The notes below the pieces were generated by a model. That model was not told where the DNA came from. It made no database searches and saw only the letters and a program-made list of their open reading frames with translations. DNA of 64,000 nt from Anaerolineales bacterium (GTDB taxonomy: Bacteria; Chloroflexota; Anaerolineae; Anaerolineales; UBA11858). The stretch lies in the NCBI GenBank assembly GCA_024763275.1, contig JANTFT010000006.1:1638-65637 (forward strand). Reading direction: 5' to 3'. Below, piece after piece: positions 56,901 to 64,000 of the stretch (within the stretch, counting starts at the first letter, position 1; every line of letters begins with the position of its first letter). The position numbers were made by a program, and so were the translations under genes.

Positions 56901-59656
56901 TGGGCCAGACCCTTACCTATTCTCTTGTTATTTCCCATGACCTGGATGGCGCTGGGGAGGACAGTCAATCTGATGCTTTCAACGTTCATATCACGGATAC
57001 CCTGCCGGCGGGATTGAGCAATTTGACCAATATCACCACCTCCAGCACAGGGAACTGCGCTTCAGGATTCGATACCTCCGGGTCCAGCGCTTCAGTGCTG
57101 GATGTAGCCATTAACGAGATTCCTTACTCGCTGCCTGCCCCGGGATGTGTGGTGACGATCACCTTCGATGCCACGGTGGACAGCCCGCCGGATCCTAACA
57201 CACCTGCATTGGGGAGCGTGATCGATAATACCGCTGAGATCACCTGGACGTCCCTGCTGGTCAGCAACGGTCAGGAGCGTTCTGGTGATGGCATCGCCGG
57301 CAACGTGGATGATTACGAGACAGCTGATACTCAGGCTGCAACGATCACCAATCCGGAACTGCGTGTTACCAAAGACGACGGGGTGGGAGTATATATCCCG
57401 GGTGATTCGGTTACCTATACCATCCTGGTGGAGAATATTGGCAACGCTGATGCGGTGAACGCGCTGGTGGAAGACAGTTTGCCCAGGGAAGTCAATCCGC
57501 CCAATGACCTCATGGTCAGCAGCTGGGATTGGGTATGTGCCGGCTCGACCGGCGGCGCCTCTGGCTGCACCGGCAGCCTGGGTCTAAGCGCTGATTTCAG
57601 CGATCTGGTGAACCTGCCAGCGGGTGCGTCGATCACTTACCAGGTGACTGCAAATATCCTCTCCTCCGCTGAAGGCGATCTGGTCAATACGGCCACAATC
57701 AGTATGCCAGCAGGGATCATAGAGCCGACCCCGGCTGACAACACAGCGACTGATACGGACATCCAGGAATCCCATGCGGATCTGAGCGTCACCAAGGACG
57801 ATGGGGTGACGATCATCTCTCCCGGGGAGGTGATCACCTATACCATCGTAGTGTCCAACATCTCACCCAGTGATGTCAGTGGGGCAGTTGTGGGTGACCT
57901 GATTCCGGCTGAGATCGACTCCTGGACCTGGGACTGCTCGGCAGTGCCACCCACTGGCGGTGCCTCTGGCTGTGATGGCGTGACCGATTCCACAGCTGAT
58001 TTCAATGACACGGTGAACTTACCAGCAAGTTCCTCGATTACCTACCAGGTAACTGCCCGGACGTCCCCGTCCGCCAGCGGCACGCTTACCAATCAGGTCA
58101 CGATAGCTGTACCAACTGGTGTGATCGAGGACAATCCCGCTGACAACACTGCCAGCGATGCGGACGGCTTCCCGACCCACACCAAGACTCTCACTGGTGT
58201 GGTCCACGGTGTGGCAGCACCGCCGGATGTGGCAATCGGGGAGATTCTCATTTACGAGATCACCCTGGCTGTACCGGATGGCACCCTGCCCAATCTGCAT
58301 CTGATCGATTCCCTTGATCAAGGACTGGCATTCTTGGGGTGCGATTCAATCACCGCACCCGGGCTTACTACCAGTGCCCCGGGTGGATTCACCGGGATCT
58401 GCGGCAGCCCTGTGGTTTCTGAACTGCCAGGCGGTAACCCGGAAGAGGTGAACCAGGGGCGGCGGGTGGATTACGATTTTGGGACCCTTATCAATTCCAG
58501 CGGTGGATTTGTGGACCTGGTGCTGCGCTACCAGGTTGTGGTCCTGGATAGTCTGGGCAACCAGAGCGTTTCCACACCGCCGCTGAATAATGATGCGGAA
58601 TGGGTCTGGGATTCCGGTCAGCTTTCTGATCAAGCCGTGGGCGTCACTATTCTGGAACCGGATCTGACCATCAGCAAGAGCGCGGATCCGATCACGGTCT
58701 ATCCGGGCCAGGTCACCACCTTCACACTGGTTGTGGAGCACTCGGCTTCCAGCCAGACCTCAGCCTACGATGTGGAGCTGACCGACATCATTCCGGCAGA
58801 TTTGATCTACCAGCCGCCCATCCGTCATGTCAGCGGTCAGGCTCCTACGACAATTAGCGACGCGGGGGATCCAACCCTGGTCGTGACCTGGGATGAATTC
58901 CTGAACAACGGTGTGAATTCGGTGATCGAGATCGATGTCATGCTCGATCCGGCTTTCAATCAGCGCCGCTTTGTTCAAACCATCACCAATGACGCATCGC
59001 TGTCCTGGAGCAGTTTGCCAGGGGATTTCTCTGCCCCGCAATCTCCCTATAATACGCTTTCTACTGAGAGGCGCTACGATCCGCTGAGCAACATTGACAT
59101 CTACAGTGCCGCTGATGGCGCCAGGATCAGAATCCCGCGCCTGCCAGACACCGGCTTTGCTCCTGGCAGGGTGACTGACCTTCCGGCCCAACCCCCCGCT
59201 GCTGCCTATAGGGATCTCAATGGACTCCGGCTGTGGATCCCGGATCTGGGAATATCCCTGCCGATCGTCAGTGTGCCAAACTCTCAGCAGGGCTACGACC
59301 TTACCTGGCTTGGCTCCCAGGCAGGCTGGCTGGAGGGCACTGCGTATCCATCGTGGAAAGGCAATACCGTGATCACCGGCCACGCCTACCTACCCAGCGG
59401 TTTACCCGGGCCGTTCGTGGATCTGGATCAACTGGTGTGGGGTGATGAGCTTATCCTTTATGCCAACGGCTACCGATATACCTATCAGGTCATAAACAAC
59501 AGGCTGGTCTCCGGTGACGATCTCAGCATTCTGGGGCACAAGGATCAGGATTGGCTGACTTTGTTCACCTGCAAGGAATACAGTGATAATCTGGGTGGTT
59601 ATCTGTGGAGGCAGGTAGTCCAGGCCGTTTTGATCGAAGCGGAAAAACTCAAGTAA
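50981..59656 (+). CDS. giant (2,891 aa) repeat-rich surface adhesin (DUF11/'conserved repeat domain'-type modules) with C-terminal LPDTG motif fused to a sortase domain
   Basis: N-terminal signal/anchor (WLGYLTAIILNVFLLVDLPSPSLA). Many modules of the type VTK..P....PG..VTY.I.V.N.G...A..V...D.LP. LPDTG at aa 2721-2725 (nt 59141-59155). The sortase-like C-terminus has TGH (H2801), LTLFTC (C2864) and WRQ (R2877). Confidence 0.9.
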   Translation: MSMIPASSNITTKHFRWLGYLTAIILNVFLLVDLPSPSLAKPLAAAAPAVTIAPSSVMIGEDFDFLVTFNNTGTDSGYGPFIDLVFPYTGQDGDDGIEYYSSSYLGASLEDDIQYFPDQGGGWGCVTHPWLRDNTGSYVDVCGRAGDQFVSIRLPFGSFTPDQPQLDITVNAHLSINADLNPGLFIYGRGGFMFGETPEDDWCCGDTPFAVPNGTDSTTWPATPVTPQVITFSKAYTGPGNTEDETSTGPNFPRQYTLTVDIASGQTLTNIEIQDQLPDNVQFIGIDAGGTTAGYTVTSLPSTSTPGGTLSLNYASGSGTVVVTYDFYIPELYDQDGDTLFDEPVIDPLSGDDVSSANIAWVDASWDPVDPRDPVAPLTSDATCPTCPPLHTLMDKSLAIQKSVAVVPGTGGGPLGDQVAPNAILEYTLSIQVSDYFTLDNLVVTDTISDGQHVLPASTFTPTVQVSSNPGAFGPLAFNSSNYEISCDYTGATITAPPPTECTIVTGGATGQTTLTFRLSDEINANLSDGTMRGGCVNPVSPFGLYSPCDRSNLRDGPTTATIIYRAKVLDQFVDDYPSGDISVDQGDELDNTVDVTGDVLDNTSGGVVGVESDDAAAGTAIGRETLSKSIYAINGETNSALWDRDALGRVRVNPGDVVTYELEYDLLTSDVEELTFDDYFPLPVFDVTDPDDDGAAGPSWTFSSSGGIPAPGVVGLLLPGDTFYQYMTDGLSGGTGTLSPSTNNPIPTQDPVITADGLNNKINIYYADYDDTRNQSKTVDLLISITVSDDPFADGLFLTNMAHAFEGSTNAGTNTENAIIQFVLGEPVLVSTKGIIWSSNADASVVFDPLPAGPVGITFQDPSFAPRWTGTPGIINSSGLAANPIDSDLSGVDASDTVTFAITIENQGSSINGAFDIQLRDMIDTAFYQVPATGADLNLQVYYGDGTGPIAYRSIRLNGPNPFCTASANADDCGLELFNQGIELIDPVGAGVCSAHDPNLGNNVILITYDLVLRDDVNPGQALNTSSVFHYAGSEGGPNHLEGVNPLEDDATVDVIGGLEKTLVETEIVSATNVDDFINDIYEAVIGELVTYRISAIVPEGEVPGARLVDHLDGGLAFVSCDAAVIPNPAASVGISTDFGSGSTTDFSSVCPATEASGVSNNGQDIVFDLGNLVNSDRNNTTEERIVITYQVVVLNVSGNQAGTLLDNQVDFTMNAGSGDVVLATADAQDVTVIEPAVITEKYTPAGTTGTSTSGDAGDPVSYTITLSNPSTPADTDAFDVEFNDSFPMCPDPTDGSAVRDLAIDSQSGGATFILTGDNTAGWQLSATYDGAPGTPIDFAPGETATVDLSGTLAYCVTPGLSVDNTGNTTWTSLSGDYASVARSTYNPDALERTGGDGVNGALNDYASQATASAVIVNPTNTKYIISTSEAHTGLVNGLENLAIGEIVRFRLVSVIPEGTSPNFQIRDLLPGGLIFLNDDTSVVAFVSDGGITSSPAGTLPVPAVPNICNQVGSTADASTPVMDPANCTLADNNVSRSPSTSLDGDDVFAVPGRDVYFKLGDLVNNDSDADSEYVVIEFNALAHNFSTNQNDFGDTVTNQSQVYITGSPNGGLSTAATLRVAEPVISVTKSLVPPLPVDAGDPIQYEIVFSNAASGDAGATAYDLELTDTFDAYLEALTISSVSTTQGGVCVGDGAGTTAFTHSESLAAGALTVDLSCLDPGESVTVNVTGNVVDNVPAGTTLLNSAVGTGTSLEGANGTTGNSTGSDTPGASGLDTGERDGSDSDTGGPDDYYDAGTANHSLAVPVISKSVEPPGEWTIGESFTYDLVITLPEGVTPDMVVYDDIPDGLEFVSYNLITTTAGAGSLLVEDFDGTLPSPVVTAAGGSGGDLELDFGDTTTNEEYPNNTNNNSFQVQITVQVLNIASNQNGVVLTNQGELRYSSGTTATGTVDIEIIEPVLNIAKTVDDDTPGLGQTLTYSLVISHDLDGAGEDSQSDAFNVHITDTLPAGLSNLTNITTSSTGNCASGFDTSGSSASVLDVAINEIPYSLPAPGCVVTITFDATVDSPPDPNTPALGSVIDNTAEITWTSLLVSNGQERSGDGIAGNVDDYETADTQAATITNPELRVTKDDGVGVYIPGDSVTYTILVENIGNADAVNALVEDSLPREVNPPNDLMVSSWDWVCAGSTGGASGCTGSLGLSADFSDLVNLPAGASITYQVTANILSSAEGDLVNTATISMPAGIIEPTPADNTATDTDIQESHADLSVTKDDGVTIISPGEVITYTIVVSNISPSDVSGAVVGDLIPAEIDSWTWDCSAVPPTGGASGCDGVTDSTADFNDTVNLPASSSITYQVTARTSPSASGTLTNQVTIAVPTGVIEDNPADNTASDADGFPTHTKTLTGVVHGVAAPPDVAIGEILIYEITLAVPDGTLPNLHLIDSLDQGLAFLGCDSITAPGLTTSAPGGFTGICGSPVVSELPGGNPEEVNQGRRVDYDFGTLINSSGGFVDLVLRYQVVVLDSLGNQSVSTPPLNNDAEWVWDSGQLSDQAVGVTILEPDLTISKSADPITVYPGQVTTFTLVVEHSASSQTSAYDVELTDIIPADLIYQPPIRHVSGQAPTTISDAGDPTLVVTWDEFLNNGVNSVIEIDVMLDPAFNQRRFVQTITNDASLSWSSLPGDFSAPQSPYNTLSTERRYDPLSNIDIYSAADGARIRIPRLPDTGFAPGRVTDLPAQPPAAAYRDLNGLRLWIPDLGISLPIVSVPNSQQGYDLTWLGSQAGWLEGTAYPSWKGNTVITGHAYLPSGLPGPFVDLDQLVWGDELILYANGYRYTYQVINNRLVSGDDLSILGHKDQDWLTLFTCKEYSDNLGGYLWRQVVQAVLIEAEKLK

Positions 59657-59674
59657 CCATCAACCCGGAAAAAT

Positions 59675-59714
59675 AAACAAGCCCCGCATTATTAGAAAGC
59701 AGGGCTTGTTTTTA
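59675..59714 (+). terminator. intrinsic terminator after the giant gene
   Basis: AAACAAGCCC-(17 nt)-GGGCTTGTTT followed by TTA. Confidence 0.7.
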
Positions 59715-59893
59715 TGTGAAATGGGAAGGGTTTGCTCTCAGATGAGCTGCTGGGGCTTGTCTGAGCTTCCAGGGGCTGTTTTTAACCCGGAAAGCAGGAT
59801 TGATATGGATGCAGCTGACCGGGCCTGTCTGCAGGCGTTTCTCGCTGAGGCTATTTTTGGGGTTGATTCTGAGGGATTTTCCGGGATGAGGTT

Positions 59894-60949
59894 TCAGGCT
59901 TTCCAGGTGCGCTCCAGCACCCTGAGCCAGTTCTTCCAGCAGATGCCCTCCCTTTCTTCCCGGGAGAAACCAGCTGCTTCCAGCAGGTTCACCAGTTTCT
60001 GATAACCGCTCACATCACCCAGCTCAGAGGGGATTTTAGTACCGTCAAAATCCGATCCAAAAGCGACATGTTCGGTTCCGATCAGCTCGCTGATATGGAG
60101 GATGTGATTGATAATGGTAGAGATGGGGGCATCGTCCTTGGGGCGTACCCCACCATACAGGTCATTGACCGAGAAGATCACCCCTACCACACCTCCGCTT
60201 TCAGCGACGGCTTTGAGCTGGCTGTCGGTCAGATTACGGGCTTTGGGGACCAATTTATGAGCGGCCGTGTGGGAGGATACCAGGGGTACAGAGGAGCGCT
60301 TGGCAACGTCCCAGAAACCCTTTTGGTTCAGATGAGCCAGATCGATCAGTATCCCCATATCATTGCAGGCGTCGACCAGGGCTTTGCCTGCCGCGGTCAG
60401 TCCAGGCCCGCTGTCCGGATGCCCTGGGTAAACAAATGGAACCCCGCTGCCAAAGGCATTGGGTCTGCTCCAGGTGATGCCCAGCGAGCGCAGTCCCTTA
60501 TCGTAGAATTCCTGCAGATTCTCTAGATCGGGCCGGATGGGCTCTGCGCCTTCCAGGTGCAGTACGGCAGCCATCACCTCGTTTTCAAGGCAGCTGCTGA
60601 GCTCCTGGAAATCCCTGACAATTTTCAGCTGGCCCTGGGAATCGTCCTGGATCCGGTGAAGGAGATCGATCATCTTCAGGGCTGAGCTGAGGGCGTAATC
60701 TTCCGGGAGTTCTGGCGCCAGGGGCACGCGGTAGCCGTCCTCGCTGAAGACTATTCTCTCTATCTCAGAAGGCACTTCGGGAGGGTCGGGGGTGTAAACC
60801 GCGAAAAACCCCCCGGCGAAACCACCCCGCCTGGCCCGGGGCAAATCCATCTGCCCCGATCCTCTTTCCAGGAAAGCCCTGGTATCAAGAGGATCAGCGG
60901 AGCTGGCGATCTTGCTGAGGATATCGTTGTGGCCGTCGAAGATTTTCAT
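59894..60949 (-). CDS. M19-family membrane dipeptidase
   Basis: MKIFDGHNDIL start, LHLEGAEP, IDLAHLN, SSHTAA and GSDFDG metal-ligand motifs. Confidence 0.9.
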   Translation of the reverse strand: MKIFDGHNDILSKIASSADPLDTRAFLERGSGQMDLPRARRGGFAGGFFAVYTPDPPEVPSEIERIVFSEDGYRVPLAPELPEDYALSSALKMIDLLHRIQDDSQGQLKIVRDFQELSSCLENEVMAAVLHLEGAEPIRPDLENLQEFYDKGLRSLGITWSRPNAFGSGVPFVYPGHPDSGPGLTAAGKALVDACNDMGILIDLAHLNQKGFWDVAKRSSVPLVSSHTAAHKLVPKARNLTDSQLKAVAESGGVVGVIFSVNDLYGGVRPKDDAPISTIINHILHISELIGTEHVAFGSDFDGTKIPSELGDVSGYQKLVNLLEAAGFSREEREGICWKNWLRVLERTWKA

Positions 60950-61282
60950 ATTCTAATGGAGGCTTCGCAGCTGAGCGAGGATCGGTGTGAAGCACAACTT
61001 CTTAACCGAGGATCCTTGCAGGACCGACCGGATTGCCTGCCCACTAAGCTGGAAGCTGTGAAAAGTAAGTTGAGCTGATATTATATGATTGGTAATGATT
61101 CCTCTGGGGCCTGATGCGGGTTTACAGCTTGCTAAAATGCCTCGTATTGTGCTGCAGGATTTCCTTGTCTCCTGGTCTCTCTGTTCACCAGCCAATTTTC
61201 CAGTCTTATTACAGCGATCGGCCGAGCAGCGCCACAAGGTCTCTTTAATCCGGTCTTAAGAGAAGCAAAGCTGAACTGTTTT

Positions 61283-61972
61283 CTAGAACGCTTCTGTTTC
61301 ATCATCGGTGCGGTCGAACTCAATCAGATCCCCGGTGATCGTGAAGATGGTCCTCTCGCAGATATTTGTCACCCGGTCAGCCGCCCGTTCCAGGTTGTGG
61401 GCAACCCAGAGGTGGAAAGTGGCCCGGTCGATGTTCTCCCGGTCTGAGATCATCAATTCCAGCAGATCCTGGTAGATCATATTGTAGAGCAGATCGACCT
61501 GATCGTCCTCTTTGGGGATGGAAAGCGCGGTCTGTTTATCCAGCTCTACAAAGGCATTGAGAGCCCGGTGCAGCATATCGGCTGTGATCTCGGCCATCTT
61601 GGGGATGTTCACCAGCTGCTTCAGGGGCGGCTGATCTCCCAGACGCATGGCGATGCGGGCGATGCCCTTGGCGTAGTCCCCGATGCGCTCCAATTCTCCG
61701 GCGATGTCGATGATCGACGAGAGCCGCCGCAGGTCGGTGGCCATGGGCTGCTGGGTGGCGACCGTGATCAGGGCTTTGCGTTCGATCTCATATCTTCTCT
61801 CATTGATCTGGTTGTCCTGGTCATAGAGGACTTTAGCGTACTCCAGATCCCGCTCTACCAGTGATTTGACGCAGCCCAGGACAGCTTTCTCAACGATGCC
61901 ACCCAGTTCCAGGATGGCGTCGTTCAAATCCCTGATCTTGCTATCGAGAGTCTCTCTGGTTTCTCTGGCCAT
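61283..61972 (-). CDS. phoU: phosphate signalling complex protein PhoU
   Basis: 229 aa. Duplicated PhoU repeats (ELERIGDYAKGIA, NLERAADRVTNICE). Sits downstream of pstB. Confidence 0.93.
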   Translation of the reverse strand: MARETRETLDSKIRDLNDAILELGGIVEKAVLGCVKSLVERDLEYAKVLYDQDNQINERRYEIERKALITVATQQPMATDLRRLSSIIDIAGELERIGDYAKGIARIAMRLGDQPPLKQLVNIPKMAEITADMLHRALNAFVELDKQTALSIPKEDDQVDLLYNMIYQDLLELMISDRENIDRATFHLWVAHNLERAADRVTNICERTIFTITGDLIEFDRTDDETEAF

Positions 61973-62103
61973 GATTAACCTCGTTCGAATCTATGCCCGC
62001 CCTGCCGGGATGGGCATTGGCTTTCTCTATCCAGTCTAAGTCAGCCAGCCTGCAGCGGAAAGGGATAGAGGCTATATGTGAATATAATTGTGGATACAGT
62101 ATA

Positions 62104-62859
62104 TCATCCAAATCTTCCCTGAATATAGTCCTGGGTCCGCTGATCCTGGGGATTGGTAAAGATCAATTCAGCGCGGTTGGTCTCGACCAATTCTCCCTGG
62201 AGCATAAAGGCAGCGATGTCAGCGGTTCTGGCAGCCTGCTGGACGGAATGGGGGACCAGGACGATGGTATAGTCCTTCTTCAGTTCCTGGAGGGATTCCT
62301 CCACCTTTCCGGTGGAGATGGGATCAAGCCCGGAAGTAGGCTCATCGAGCAGGATCACTTCTGGCTCGAGGGCCAGGGAGCGTGCCAGGCATAAACGCTG
62401 CTGCTGTCCGCCTGAGAGGGCCACCGCAGGATCGTCCAGGCGGTCTTTGACTTCCTCCCACAGAGCGGCTTTGATCAGGCTGCTTTCCACCGCACCCTCC
62501 AGCCGGTCGGGATCGTTTATCCCGGCAACGCTCAGTCCGTAGGTCAGGTTCTCGCGTATGGAAAGCGGCAGCACTACAGGACGGGCAAAGACCATCGCCA
62601 CCTTGCGGCGAAGCTGGATGACATCATAGGATGGCTGGAAAATATCCTCCTGGTCCAATTTGACTGTGCCCTGCATCCGGACGACATCAGCCAGGTCGTT
62701 CAGCCGGTTAAGGGTCCGCAGCAGGCTGGATTTGCCTCCCCCAGCGGGGCCGAAGATCACAAAGATCTGGTTAGCCGGGATCTCCAGGCTGATATCGCGC
62801 AGAGACTCGGTGCCGTCGGAGTAAGTCAGGCAGAGTTTGTGGATGGTGATCTTGTTCAT
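62104..62859 (-). CDS. pstB: phosphate ABC transporter ATP-binding protein
   Basis: Walker A GPAGGGKSS, signature LSGGQQQRL, Walker B ILLDEPTSGLD. The C-terminus TQDYIQGRFG is typical of PstB. Confidence 0.95.
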   Translation of the reverse strand: MNKITIHKLCLTYSDGTESLRDISLEIPANQIFVIFGPAGGGKSSLLRTLNRLNDLADVVRMQGTVKLDQEDIFQPSYDVIQLRRKVAMVFARPVVLPLSIRENLTYGLSVAGINDPDRLEGAVESSLIKAALWEEVKDRLDDPAVALSGGQQQRLCLARSLALEPEVILLDEPTSGLDPISTGKVEESLQELKKDYTIVLVPHSVQQAARTADIAAFMLQGELVETNRAELIFTNPQDQRTQDYIQGRFG

Positions 62860-62866
62860 GGTCCCT

Positions 62867-63727
62867 CTACCATTGCCTGCGGGCCCGGGCCCGGGAGCGG
62901 ATGGTGGTGGCGATCAGGTTCATGCTCAGCACAAAGACCAGCAGCACCAGCGCTGTGCCGTACTGGATCTTGACCGGCATGCCAGGAACCTGGGTGGATA
63001 TCACGAAAAGGTGATAGGGCAGGGCCATGGTGGCGTCCAGTGGGGAGTGCGGCAGGCGGGGAAGGAAAAAGGCCGCCACCGTGAATAGAATGGGAGCGGT
63101 TTCCCCGGCCGCGCGCTCCAGGCCGAGGATCACCCCGGTGAGGATGCCGGGAAGAGCCTGGGGGAGGACGATCCGGCGGATGGTCTGCCACTTGGTGGCC
63201 CCAACGGAGATGCTGACCACCCGGAATGCCTGGGGGACAGCCCGCAGGGCTTCCTCGGCGGTGCTGATGATGACCGGCAGGGTCATGATCGACAGGGTCA
63301 GCGAGCCGGCCAGGATGCTGGTCCCGAATCTCAGGAAGAGCACAAACAGCCCCAGACCGAAGAGCCCGTAGACGACCGAGGGAATCCCCGCCAGGTTGAT
63401 GATGGCGATGCGGATCAGCTGGGTCGCCCGGTTGTGCGGGGCATACTCGGACAGGTAAATTGCCGCCCCGAGGCCCAGGGGGACGGCGAAGATAGCTGTG
63501 CCCAGGGTGAGAAGGAATGTTCCCACAATGGCCGGTAGGATGCCTCCAGCCCGCATCCCCTCGCGGGGGAAAGCACTGAGGAATTCCCAGTTGATGGCCG
63601 GGTAGCCCAGCACCACGATGTAGATGACCACCGCCGCGATGGGGAGCACGGTCAGTAAGGTCATCAGGGAAAGAAGCCCAAAACCAAAGCGCTGCTGCTG
63701 GAGCCGAAAGGATCTTTTCATAATCAA
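62867..63727 (-). CDS. pstA: phosphate ABC transporter permease PstA
   Basis: 286 aa, six TM segments, EAA-like loop (EEALRAVPQAFRVVSISVGATKWQTIRRIVLPQALPGI). Confidence 0.9.
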   Translation of the reverse strand: MIMKRSFRLQQQRFGFGLLSLMTLLTVLPIAAVVIYIVVLGYPAINWEFLSAFPREGMRAGGILPAIVGTFLLTLGTAIFAVPLGLGAAIYLSEYAPHNRATQLIRIAIINLAGIPSVVYGLFGLGLFVLFLRFGTSILAGSLTLSIMTLPVIISTAEEALRAVPQAFRVVSISVGATKWQTIRRIVLPQALPGILTGVILGLERAAGETAPILFTVAAFFLPRLPHSPLDATMALPYHLFVISTQVPGMPVKIQYGTALVLLVFVLSMNLIATTIRSRARARRQW

Positions 63728-64000
63728 GAAAGGATGCGGTCCTGCTTCCTCTTCTGGCCGTAGACCACCGCGGAGGCGGTGATATTCACTACCAGGGAGA
63801 TCAGGAAGAGCAGAATGCCGATCATAAATAAGACATGATAATGGGAGCTGCCGTTGGCTACCTCGCCCATCTCGGCCGCTATGGTGGCGGTCATGGTCCG
63901 CACCGGGGAAAGTAGGTCTCTCAATCCTCTGGGCATGATGGGAGCGTTTCCAGTGACCATCATCACCGTCATGGTTTCTCCGATGGCCCGGCCGATGCCC
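63724..64000 (-). CDS. pstC: phosphate ABC transporter permease PstC (C-terminal part only; continues beyond window)
   Basis: The reading frame is open to the window edge. ...MMVTGNAPIMP...TMTATIAAEMGE... is typical of a PstC C-terminus. The stop overlaps the pstA start. Confidence 0.8.
   Translation of the reverse strand, partial: GIGRAIGETMTVMMVTGNAPIMPRGLRDLLSPVRTMTATIAAEMGEVANGSSHYHVLFMIGILLFLISLVVNITASAVVYGQKRKQDRILS

Noticed and set aside
55838-56989. 383-aa minus-strand ORF inside the giant gene
   Set aside because: Antisense to an uninterrupted 8.7-kb ORF with repeated domain signatures.
60953-61323. Small minus-strand ORFs between the dipeptidase and phoU
   Set aside because: Low-complexity translations with no RBS or motifs. 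Most likely an intergenic or 3' UTR region.
1-64000. Search for CRISPR arrays, rRNA, prophage, toxin-antitoxin or known defence-system genes
   Set aside because: No regularly spaced direct repeats, no rRNA-like segments, and none of the translated ORFs show nuclease, helicase, methylase or phage-structural hallmarks that I can recognise.

Overview
A 64-kb chromosomal segment from a high-GC bacterium. The gene content points to a Chloroflexota/Anaerolineae-like organism, but this is inference only: an 11-subunit nuo set without nuoEFG, a nuoC-D fusion, Pro/Thr-rich TadE-domain proteins, and a giant DUF11-type surface protein. Positions 1-37,400 are mostly housekeeping. They hold an esterase, an M24 peptidase, two tRNA-Ala genes, a T-box leader with leuS, ridA, and a two-component system. 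An envelope glycan/peptidoglycan block follows (GT2, polyprenyl-P sugar transferase, epimerase, two tandem FemAB-family genes). The respiratory genes are split: nuoAHJKLMMN sit directly next to an F0-only ATP synthase cluster (atpZ-a-c-b/delta). murE and a PadR/NifX-like/MinD-ferredoxin Fe-S cluster then separate these from nuoB-CD-I. Positions 37,600-59,700 are an accessory cell-surface locus and the most interesting part of the window. It contains a TadE/TadG-vWA operon with no pilus motor, and two duplicated modules, each a roughly 700-aa TadE-domain PT-rich protein plus a small secreted paralog. Each module gene sits behind the same conserved inverted-repeat/promoter element, and a decayed IS3 copy lies in the second module. 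The locus also has a SipW-type (Ser/His) signal peptidase fused to a degenerate EAL domain, an RTX-like small paralog, and a 2,891-aa repeat adhesin with an LPDTG motif followed by a fused sortase domain instead of a membrane anchor. I propose this as one c-di-GMP-responsive surface-fibre/adhesin processing system; that link is a hypothesis. The right edge carries an M19 dipeptidase and pstC(partial)-pstA-pstB-phoU on the minus strand. No CRISPR array, rRNA, prophage or recognisable defence system was seen. All functional calls come from motif reading of the supplied translations; no database search was run.
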